From the human T2T-CHM13v2.0 reference genome, Homo sapiens: a DNA stretch of 64,000 nt. A program made the translations under genes and the position numbers. The notes beneath the pieces were generated by a model. The model searched no databases. It saw only the letters and a program-made list of their open reading frames with translations, and was not told where the DNA came from. The stretch lies in the NCBI RefSeq assembly GCF_009914755.1, contig NC_060937.1; one strand, written 5' to 3'. Every line of letters starts with the position of its first letter. The stretch's first letter is position 1. Of this stretch, positions 23,719 through 36,089 are shown piece after piece.

Positions 23719-25936
23719 GGGTGGGGACAAGATGGCCAACTAGAAGCAATGGCAATGAGAATCAAAGACAAAAACCACATGATTATCTCAATAGATGCAG
23801 AAAACGACTTCGATAAAATTCAGCATCCCTTCATGTTAAAAACTCTCACTAAACTAGGTATTGATGGAACATATCTCAAAATAGTAAGAGCTATTTATGA
23901 CAGAGCCACAGCCAATATCATACTGAATGGGCAAAAGCTGGAAGCATTCCCTTTAAGAACCGGTACAAGACAAGGATGCCCTCTCTCACCACTCCTATTC
24001 AATATAATATTGGAAGTTCTGGCCAGGGCAATCAGGTAAGAGAAAGAAATAAAGGGCATTCAAATAGGAAGATAGGAAGTCAAATTGTCTCTATTTGCAG
24101 ACGACATGATTCTATATTTAGAAAACCCCATCATCTCAGCCCCAAAACTCCTTAAGCTAATAAGCAACTTCAACAAAGTGTCAGGATACAAAATCAATGT
24201 GTAAAAATCACAAGCATTCCTTTAAAGCAATAATAGATAAGCAGAGAGCCAAATAATGAATGAACTCCCATTCAGAATTCCTACAAAGAGAATAAAGTAC
24301 TAGGAATAAAGCTAATAAGGGATATGAAATACCTCTTCAAGGAGAACTACAAACCACTGCTTAAGGAAATAAGAGAGGACACAGACAAATTGAAAAACAT
24401 TCCATCCTCATGGATAGGGAGAATCAATATCGTGCAAATGGCCATACTGCCCAAAGTAATTTATAGATTCAATGCCTTTTCATCCAACTACCATTGACAT
24501 TCTTCACAAAATTAGAAAAAACTACTTTGAATTTCATATGGAAGCAAAAAAGAACTCATATAGCCAAGACAATCCTAAGCAAAAACAACAAAGCTGGAGG
24601 CATCACATTACCTGACTTCAAATTATACTGCAAGGTTGTGGTAACCAGAACAGCATGGAACTTGTACCAAAACAGACCTATAGACCAATGGAACAGAACA
24701 GAGACCTCAGAAATAACAGCACATATCTACAACCATGGGAAAACTTGTTAGCCATATGCAGAAGACTGAAACTGGACCCCTACCTTACACGTTATACAAA
24801 ATTTGACTCAAGATGGATTAAAGACTAAAATGTAAAACCCAAAACCATAAAAATCCTAGAAGAAAACCTAGGCAATACCATTCAGGACATATGCAAGGGC
24901 GAAAACTTCATGATGAAAATGCCAAAAAAATTGCAACAAAAGCCAGAATTGACAAATGGGATCTAATTAAACTAAAGAGTTTCTGCACAGCAAAAGAAAC
25001 TATCATCAGAGTGAACAGACAATCTACAGAACGGGGGAAAATCTTTGCAATCTACCCGTCTGACAAAGGTCTAATATCTAGAATTTACAAGGAACTTAAA
25101 CAAATTTACAATAAAAAACCAAACAACCCCATCAAAAAGTGGGCAAAGGATATGAACAGACACTTTTTAAAAGATAACATTTACTTGGCCAACAAACATA
25201 TGAAAAAAAGTTCAACATCCCTGATCATTAGAGAAATGCAAATCAAAACCACAATGAGATACTATCTCATGCCAGTCAGAATGATGATCATTAAAAATTC
25301 AAGAAACAATAGATGCTGGTGAGGTTGCAGAGAAATAGGAACGCTTTTACACTGTTGGTAGGAGCGTAAATTAGTTCAACAATTGTGGAAGACAATATGG
25401 GATTTAGAACCAGAAATACCATTTGACCCAGGAATCCCATTACTGGGTATATACCCAAAGGAATATAAATCATTCTACTATAAAGACACATGCACTCTGA
25501 TGCTTATTGCAGTACTATTTACAATAGCAAAGACATGGAACCAACCCAAATTCCCATCAATAATGGACTGGATAAAGAAAATGTGGTACATATACACCAT
25601 GGAATACTATGCAGCCATAAAAATGAATGAGATCATGTCCTTTGCAGGGACATGAATGAAGCTGAAAACCATCATCCTCAGCAAACCAACACAGGAACAG
25701 AAAACCAAACACAGCATGTTGTCACTCATTAGTGGGAGCTGAAGAAGGAGAACACATGGACACAGGGAGGGGAACATCACACACCAGAGCCTGTTGGAGG
25801 GTGCGGGGTTGAGGAGAGGGAACTTAGATGATGGGTCAATAGGTGAATCAAACCACCATGACACACGTGTGCCTATGTAACAAATATGCACTTTCTGCAC
25901 ATGTATCCTGAAACATAAAGTAAAATCTTAAAAAAA
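23719..25936 (+). mobile_element. L1PA (PA11/12-like): 5' terminus fused to 3' half of ORF2 plus 3'UTR; dead
   Basis: gggtggggacaagatggccaactagaagc (L1 5' end with YY1 site); ORF2p RT and C-terminal fragments ([36 protein letters not shown]) with stops and frameshifts; 3'UTR gggaacttagatgatgggtcaatagg. Confidence 0.95.
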
Positions 25937-26479
25937 TTGCAAAACTAATGTTTGCTATGTAAAAAAAGTTTAGGTATGATTTTATTATATAGTCTCAGAT
26001 AGAATTATTAGCAATCAAGTTGTGAATTAGTTTCCTTTCATGATTTGTAGAACTTAATTGAATTAGACTAATAGTAATTGTCCTTTAGGGATTATTTGTC
26101 TTTTCTATGTATAAAATGATAAGTAAAGAATTTTATAAATATTTCTTGCCGTTGGCATATTCTTGTTTTACTTTAATAAAGCAACAGCAATATAGTTTCA
26201 TCCAACAAGAACTACCAAGAGAAGTATTATATTTTAGAAAGGTTACATAAAATCAGTTTTTTTATGTCTTTTTATATAAAAATTCTGTATGCTATACAAC
26301 CATTATTAAAAAAAAAACTTAAAAGCAACAGAAATGCTAAAAAATTTTTAGATTTAATCTGTCCAAGTTTTAGGAAAGACGAAAACCCAAATATTCAAAA
26401 CCAACACTACAAATGCCTTTGCCCTGTGGGAATTTGCCTATCTAAAGCAAACAGCTGTGAAACTGAGCTATGTTTTTGG

Positions 26480-29030
26480 CAGCTTCGAGCTAAAAAGAAG
26501 TAAGAGCCAAAACCCAGGATTTGCATAAGGTAAAGAGTTTGATAACTTTCCCCACTTTAAGCTGGAACCCTGATCAGCTACAACTTCATGGTAAAGGTAA
26601 ACTGGAATTATCAGGACCTCATCAATAAGATAAGTCCTGGTTTCTGGCACCTGAGCGGTCCAGCTACCTTAATGTGTTATAATTGGACTAAAATGTTTCC
26701 TGGAATTGTAGTGCCCATAAGATCTCAAATAAAGCTAACAAAATTCCTCTCTGGGAAAATTTTCTGCTAGCCTAGACCTCAAATTATCCCATAAGTAAAT
26801 TTTCACTCAATGTCCAAGTATCCAAGCTATAGCCCCCAATAACTAGGAATACAAGAAAATAAAACACAATGAATGAAAACCAATAAAACAATAGGTAAAA
26901 GAAACAGCAGTGTAGAAATGTGAGATGCTGAAATTATCAGACATGGATTATGAAATTAGCAGACTTAATATTTTCAAAGAGATAGGGAAAATCATGAAAA
27001 TGTTTTTGGGCAGCAAGAAACTGTAAAAAGTGAAATTCCAATTTGGAAACCAATCAAACTGATATCCTAGAAGTGGAAAATACAATAACTAAAATGGCCA
27101 ACTGCAGATCAGATACAACTAAATAAAATTCATTCAGAAGCATTATTGAATAATGCAAGCAGAAAACTGAGGAAAATGTAGGAGAGAAAATGGAGAAAGA
27201 TATTATAAAAAGTCATATCTATTACAGAAGACAGTATAATTAGGGCTTCAATTAAAAAATAACCTGGAATACTTTGTCCAGTGAAGTATATATTTTAAAT
27301 CAGAGCAAAAAATCCCTTTTTAAACAAACAGAAACGTAGAGTTTACCACCCAGAGAACTACGCTAAAGGGAGCTATACAGGATGTATGTCAGGCTAAAGC
27401 AAAATGATCCCTATTAGAAGGCTTGAGGGGTAAGAAGTAATGAAGAGCAAAAACAACAGGATAAGTATACACGAAGAAACACAACAAATTAACATTAACT
27501 ACATGAAACTACTCAACAAACAAAGAAACACTCATTTTTTTTATTATAAACGAGACATTTAAGTGCAGAAATAGTGACTAAATTGACAGAAAATAAACTT
27601 TCAGTAGTTAAGTAATTATTTTGATGAGTAGGAGACCAAAGATTTTTATTAAAGTTAGATTTTGTGAAGTAGTGGATGCATGATGAAATCCAGAAGAGCG
27701 AATCCAAAAGATCTCATTTTTAAATCAAGTGCATGCACCTTATTCAAGACGATTTGACAATGCAGGGAGACGTCTGGGCAGAGAGGTCGCTACACAAGTA
27801 TTTTCTTCTCTTATGGCCCAGCCTCTGGCTCAGAGTGGAAGAGTTCTCTAATTGTGGTGTATTAATTGTTACCTCACACAGCGGGGAGTATTCATTCTAT
27901 TAAAAATATCCATTCATTTTCTTAACTTATGTTTTCTTAGAGGACAATTCTTTATAAATCTATAGATTCCAAAAGTTTATTATTATAAGTAATCCTTTAG
28001 CCTGGGATTCCTGTTTAACATTACATCAATAAAAACTTTCTCCTTGGAAATATCATTCTTACTTAGAGCTTCAGTTACCATGTTAATCACGAAGTTAGAC
28101 TAGTCACCTGCTTTGTTTTCTTTCCCCCAAGAGCATCCTTTTAGTAATCTGGAAGAGAATGGATTAAAGGTTAGCTGTTTAACTCCTTCCTTTTCATTAT
28201 GGTAATCAAGGAAAAAATAAAAGCAAGATAAATAAATTTGATATTGGTAGAAAGGACAAAATGACATAATAAAAAATATTCACTCAATCCTACAGAAGGC
28301 AAGAACAGGGAAAGGCACAGAGGGGACAAAATATACAAAATAATATGATAGAGTTAAATAGTTGTATTAAATATGCTGTAATTATATTTAATGTTAACAT
28401 ATAGCACACTCCAATTAAAATATAATAGTTATTTGGTTCAAAAATAAAATCCAATCATGTGCTGTTTGAGAAATCTTTAATATACTAATGGAAAAACCTT
28501 TAATTTAGTATTTACAATCAGAGAAACGTAAATATTAACAAAAGGCAGTTTTAATTACATTGATGACATTCAAAATACTCTTTATTACAAAAAGTATTAC
28601 TAAAAATAAAAAGATTTCATCATGATGAAAAGATTTAATTCACCAGGAAAGTGTAGTATTTAATATCAATAATGTTCTTAAATTACATTAAGAAACAAAA
28701 ATAATTAAATCCACAACCATAGTAGTTGATTTTAACTCATCTCTATTAATAATTAGTGAAAAGAGTTAACAAAAATGTATAGAAGATCTGAGAAACATTT
28801 TAACAATTTTGACTTAATGGCCTATGTGGAACATTTCACCCAACACCTGTACAATATCCATTATCTGGAAGATAGAACACAATTACAAATATCAACCACG
28901 TATTAGTCTGTAAATGAAGTCTCGATAAACTTTAAACAATTCAAATCATACAGAGTGCATTCTTTGACCATAGCACATTAGTGCAGAAATGAATAACAAA
29001 AGATAACATCTTTGTGTGTGGGAGCCAAGA
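26480..29030 (+). mobile_element. Ancient L1M (L1ME-like) 5'/ORF1/ORF2-EN region, interrupted at ~27711-28210
   Basis: A-rich degenerate ORF1 (gatgctgaaattatcagacatggattatgaa) and EN-like sequence (ccaattaaaa...gatttaattcaccaggaa...cagagtgcattctttgacca). Confidence 0.7.
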
Positions 29031-29033
29031 TAT

Positions 29034-29360
29034 TGTAAACCAAAAAATGACTGAGGCAGACCTCAAGGGATTAGAGATTTATTTTGGCAAGTGATTACAT
29101 TCTTGTGAGGCTCTGATTAGCACTCAATGAATCTACATTTTACCTGTGAAAAGAAGGGAGTAGGAGAAAGTCGATTATGCATTCGTCTCACACCGATTTA
29201 CACACAATAAATCTACATTTTACATAGGATAAATTGAACATGTGAAATTACAGCTGTTTGGGAAAAAAAGGAAGGCAGTTTTGCATAATCCAGCTCCCAA
29301 GCTTAACTTTCCTTTTGGCATAGTGAGTTTGGGGTCCCGAGATTCTATTTTTCTTTCACA
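29034..29360 (-). mobile_element. MER4-family ERV1 solo LTR, internally deleted
   Basis: tgtaaaccaaaa...tggggtcccgagattctattttctttcaca; 4-bp TSD ATAT at 29030-29033 and 29361-29364. Confidence 0.9.
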
Positions 29361-29539
29361 ATATGTAAATCTAAATGATCCATCTAAAATCTAGCCACTA
29401 AATTCTAAACGATCCTTCTGGGTAGAGGGTTGGAGGTAAGTTGGGTTGAAAAAAAAGAAAAAAGAAAATAAAGAAGATTCAGTTTCATATAAAGAAAAAT
29501 GAGAGCCAAGAAAGCATAGACTGATCTTCAACTCATAAA

Positions 29540-29880
29540 TTTATTTTCAGCAAGACTCTGAAGGGAATGTAAAGGTAGAGGAAAGCATTTTTAACCATGA
29601 AAAATTTCTTAAAATTTACCTTCCATGCACTCTTTCTTACTAAGGTACTGAAGAATGTACTTCACAAAAATATGATAAGAAACCAGTTAAGGTACAAAGC
29701 TGAGGTTCAAGAAAAGATATAGTTAGCTGAATAGAGTAGCAACAAAGAGTCCTAGAAATGAGAATGAATTGGAGCTAGAAGACTCCAGGAAAAATCCAAG
29801 AAAACAAACAAAGTAAGTGAATAAATAAATGAATAAATGTGTGAATTAAGAATAAATTACAATTTAGAAAATAACCATAC
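29540..29880 (+). mobile_element. HAL1/L1-like fragment
   Basis: aaaatttaccttccatgcactctttctt...actgaagaatgtacttcacaaaaa; similar HAL1-like sequence at ~30755-31200. Confidence 0.5.
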
Positions 29881-30364
29881 TATACCAGATCAATGGTTAT
29901 CAACCATGACCTCCTACCATATTACTACAGCCTGGGGAGCTCAATGCTGGCGCATAACTAAAGAGCATTTGATTTAATGAATCTGAGTGGCTTTGGTGGT
30001 GGACATGGTAGGTTTGAAGAGAGGGTGTGCTTCAGGGGCAGAGGGCTGAGTTCACCATACTCCTCATTTTAGGGCCATCATTGTCATTCTTCCTTGCAAG
30101 ATCTGGCTCATAATTTTTAAATTTCCTTTGACCTTTATGCCACACTTCCTATCCTACCACAGGAAACCAATTCATATATTTGTTATGTATTGTTTGTGTC
30201 TGCAATGATTATGCAAAAATAGATATTATTTTGTATACGTGTATTTTATTAATGGTAATGCCAACGGATGTTATATCTTATTCTGATTCTTATTTCTTTT
30301 CCATGGAGAACTATGTTATAAGGTCACTCTATGTCCCTCTGTGTACACAGTTTACATGAAGCAG

Positions 30365-30754
30365 CAATGACTTATTATTTCTCATGTTTCTGGGGCACTT
30401 CGGTTGATTTTCTGCAATCACTTATATCTTTGCTTTTGGACATAAAAAGCAAAGGGTGTTTGGGCCTCTCTCCTTGTGATCTTCATCTGGGTTCTTCACA
30501 TCAAGTCATCACATGGTTCCCAGAGAACAAAAGCAAAATCTGTAATGACTCTGAAGGAGTTAGCTAGGAAGTAAACAATATAGTTTCTTTTCATGTTCTA
30601 TTGGTCAAAACAAGTCGAAATCCAGCCCAGATTAATGAGGCAGGGAAACTGAGCTTTTTTAATGGGAGAAATAGTAAAGTAAGTCACATTGCAAAGGGAA
30701 TGGACAAAGAGAGGCATGCTGCCATTGGGACCATCATTGTAACCATCAGCCACA
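30365..30754 (-). mobile_element. MLT1 (H/I-like) LTR
   Basis: ttctattggtcaaaacaagtc..ccagcccagatt..gtcacattgcaaaggg..ccatcagccaca. Confidence 0.75.
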
Positions 30755-31870
30755 AAAGTAAAACAAACAAAAACCAAAACAGTGAATGGTGGAAAAATAA
30801 GAAAGTATTAAAATAGAGAATAATCATAGACCACTACATGGCTCTAAATTATATTTACATCATCATAATAATGTAAATACTATTTATGAATATGCATTAA
30901 GAGAGTGTGGTAACTCTAGGAAGGTTACATACTCGACAGATAAATTACCAACAGATAATTTAATAAAATCATCTTTTTTTTCCCTCAATACAATAAGGAA
31001 AAGTAGCATATATATATTATATCCTAAAAAGTAGGATAAATATTCAAAGAATATCTTGAAGAGTTGAAAGTTGTTGCCTGTGGGCAATGGTTTGTTGGCT
31101 TGAAAAGACATGAGTCAGGAACTCCTGCTTTTCATTATGTGTCTTTTGCCATTTTTTAAGTGACCACAAGAGTTATTATATTTGTAAGAGAAATCTGAAC
31201 CAAATGAAACCCAACTGAATAAACAAACAAAAAATAACTGATTGTTTTCTCCTTAAAATATCTCTGAATTGGTCTCACTAGAACAAATTCTTCCAACATC
31301 TAACTAAAATATTTAAGGAGATACAGAATAAGACTAAACCTCTCAACATTCCACAAACTAGGATTTGAAATGAGTCTATTATCAAACTCCAGGAAGAAAT
31401 TCTAATTACAAGGATGAGAAGTCTGCTCTTTTAAAAAAGCACAGTTGTTTAAATAACTTCTCTTTGTGAATATCTGCTCCCTGGTTCAGAATTTGAGAGC
31501 ACTCAGAAATTCAGTCTGAAAGCTGGGCAGTTATATCTTCTGAGATGATGGCTACATTTGATAGCAGAACAGCCAGAGACTAACAATCTTCCTGAATCTA
31601 TTCCTAGACTGCAAGCACAACAATTTGACAGGAAATCTTTGTGGTTGTGGGTGAAGCGTGGCCTGGGGATAGTGTGGATTATCAGGGGTGCTTTGCATGT
31701 TGCCAGAGTCCCAATAGACAAAGTGCTTTAGGACGCTTCAAGCCAGCAAAAAGCCCTAGTAACAGTCTATATTGTTTTGCATTTGTTTATTTAGTATTTT
31801 GCATTTAGTTTGTATAAACCTGTGTATTATAATTTTGTCCTTAATGGATCGTTTATCTTTTGAATTTCAG

Positions 31871-32003
31871 AGAACTAAGCATGCAGAAAAGAAATATCCT
31901 ACTTCAATTCAGGAAAGCAATAGTAAAAGAGAACCTTCATAATGCAGGGGTTTGAGATGGAAGCTACACATATGAGCATGTTTTCAAGCCCTAAAATAAA
32001 GAG
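31871..32003 (+). other. Candidate non-coding exon (133 nt)
   Basis: Branch-like ccttaat, acceptor tttatcttttgaatttcag| and donor gag|gtaatt; stops in all three frames. Confidence 0.35.
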
Positions 32004-32989
32004 GTAATTTGTGAAGAAACTATTTTTGCATAGAATGAAGTCAACAAAAGATATATTCAATTGTACATACTGGTTTTATCACATTTCTAACAAATATACA
32101 TAGGAAAAAATAATGTAAGAATATGCTGTATCATGTTAACTTATGATTGTATCTTGGCTGTGGAGTTCTGGATTTCCTTCCCATCCCCTCTATTTATATT
32201 TTCCACAGTGACCAAACTAACTTTTAGGACAAGAAAGATCTATATTAATTTTTTAAAAAAGATTAAATAGAATAGTGAATATTCTGAAAAAATAGGGAAA
32301 AATGCTCTAAGAAAAAAATTTTGTGCACAACTAGCTTATTAGAAAGATTCCATTTGGTAGCAAAAATAACAAAAGAAAGCTCAGTATCTGCACAAAGTAG
32401 GCAACTAGCAAATTATTCTTTTTTCACCTCCCTCCTCTTTTCATCCTCATGGCATTCTTGAGTACTATGATTATAACTCTATTTTTCTTGTTTTTATTTC
32501 TGGCTTACATAGTTGGGTGTCTCCTTCTTTCTTTTTTTTTTTTTTCTGTGTACAGCTGTTTTTATTTCCATGAACCAAAATTTTGGAAATAGAATTTGCT
32601 GGGTCAAAGAATACACACACACAGTTTTTACTGAATAATAAACAGATATAAATAATATTCATCACACTTAGGATAGACAAAATAACAAAACAAATATCTA
32701 TCCACTTACTTCATCTAGTTTAAGAAAAAAAATTTACCTGTGCGTTGAGGCCTCCTGGGTGTCCCTTATATAATCCCTTTTCCCATTTAGAAAGGAAACT
32801 TCTAAGTTGTTAAATTTGTAAATTTTTTTGTAGGCCCTTTACTTACTAATAGTATTCTGACTAAACAAAACCTTGAATGCGGGGTGGCTTAACCTCTTTG
32901 GAGAGTGTGAAATTATTTGTTTAATATAACTTAAATATCATAGGTACCAAATATAGTGTAACTCATAATAATAAGGAATACTTTAAAAG

Positions 32990-34210
<1,221 letters not shown>

Positions 34211-34839
34211 AAAGGCCGTTGCATATGCTCAGAAATTGATGTAAGGCTCCATCATTACTTTGAAGGAGATTTAAAGTTAATGAAAGTTTCAGATGCTGGC
34301 TTCCAGGCATTGCGTATTTTCCTCTTCTAATTGCAAAATGAATACTTAATAATATCATTGACTTAATATACAGCCTACAGCTGGCAGAATTTTGGTATGT
34401 GTAGTAAATATGCCCCCAAGTTTTAGTGTCATTGAAACATTTAGAGAGCATGGTCCATTCTTTGTATGGCCTATGCTAAAAAGTAAAGGGGGAATTTGGA
34501 AATACAAAAGCGCGTGTGATGTAAATAAAAATATTTGCTATGGCTTATCACATAACAAGAGCTCTCAGAATCTTGATATGATATTAAGCTTTATTTCTAC
34601 AGTGGAAGGAATGTCTTAAAAATGTATGAAGCTCTACATATTATGAAAAATGTCAATGTTAGAAATAAACTTAAAATACAAAATATAGAAAAACTAGCTT
34701 ATTAATTGAAAAGCTATTTATAAAAATAAATAGATAATTGAACAAAATAACTTTACTGTATTTTGAAAAATCAGTGATACATGAGAGTCTGTACTGGTAG
34801 AACAATGCTAATTATTAATAATATATGAATTATTAACTA

Positions 34840-35345
34840 CTGAAGGTAAGTTGGTATCAATTAGAAGTAGATTGTTATAAATTTAGTATGTTAAATGTGA
34901 CCTCCATGGTAATCATGAAGAAAATATCTAAGAAGTATACACAAAAGAAAATGAGAATGAATACAAAATGGTTCATTGTAAAAAATCAACTAAACAATAT
35001 CAAAGGCTGTAGTAGAAGATACAAAGGACAAAAGGGCTTAAGACAACAAAAAACAAATAGAAAAATGGCAAGAGTAAGTCGTTCCTTGTTAGTCATTACT
35101 GTAAATGCAAATGGATTAAATTCTCACATTGAAAGAAAGGGATTGGCATAATGCATACAAAAACCAAGATCCAACTGTAGGTGGTTTACAATAGACCAAG
35201 TTAAGGTTGAAACACAGAAATAAATTGAAAGTGAAAGGATGAAAAAAATATTCTATGCATATAGTAACCAAAAGAGAGCATAGGTGGCTATATTATTCTT
35301 AGAAAAAATAGACTTGAAGTAAAAAACAATTATGAGATAAAAGAT
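34840..35345 (+). mobile_element. L1M fragment: inter-ORF region and ORF2 endonuclease start
   Basis: Translates to MARVSRSLLVITVNANGLNSHIERK, resembling the L1 ORF2p N-terminus. Confidence 0.88.
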
Positions 35346-36089
35346 TAATTAATTATATTAATGAATAATACACAATATTTGTGGTTTATATTATTTTAGT
35401 ATATTTATAATAAACTTTGTTTTATGTATCAAAAATTGTATCTCTTCAGTTTTCACAGAAAAGTTATTGAACTAAGAATAAGAGACAAAACTTAGTTTAT
35501 ATCCCAAAAATGAATGAAATTCAATTTTTCTCTTCAGCAAGAAAACAAATTCCCACTTTTTTACTATTATAATAAACACTGGACAGTCAAACTGTTGAGT
35601 GTTCATTTAGGGCAAAGTATTGTGGGAATATATGAATGTTTTCATATCTTTTTAAATGTCATTTAAAAGAAGCTGAGAAAAAAGCAAGTAAATATTGAAA
35701 TACCAAATATTATAAATATATTCTACAAATATAAATTCTGTTTGTAAAGCTCACTAAAAGATTAAATGGAGTGAATAGAATTCATGGAAACTTCTTGAGG
35801 TTCTCAGAAAATAGCTTTGATTTATCAAAAGTAAACATATTGCTGATTTATGCTATTCATGTTTTTTTCCTAAATGCCTAACAATCACTTTTATTTCTAG
35901 GAAGTTAAGTTTTAACTTCAGTCTCCAAAATCAGAATTATGTATTCATTGTGCAGTTGTGTTCCAATTAAAAAAAACTACTTTCTTACCAACTTTCTTAT
36001 CAATTCACTTCTGTTTCACAATCTGAGAAGCCATCACTTCTCCAGAGTTCATCCTTGTCTCAGAATAGTGAGAAATTTATTGTGAGAAA

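Noticed and set aside
23749-25655. ORFs with reverse-transcriptase similarity as a functional gene
   Set aside because: Fragments of a dead L1 ORF2 with multiple stops, frameshifts and small deletions
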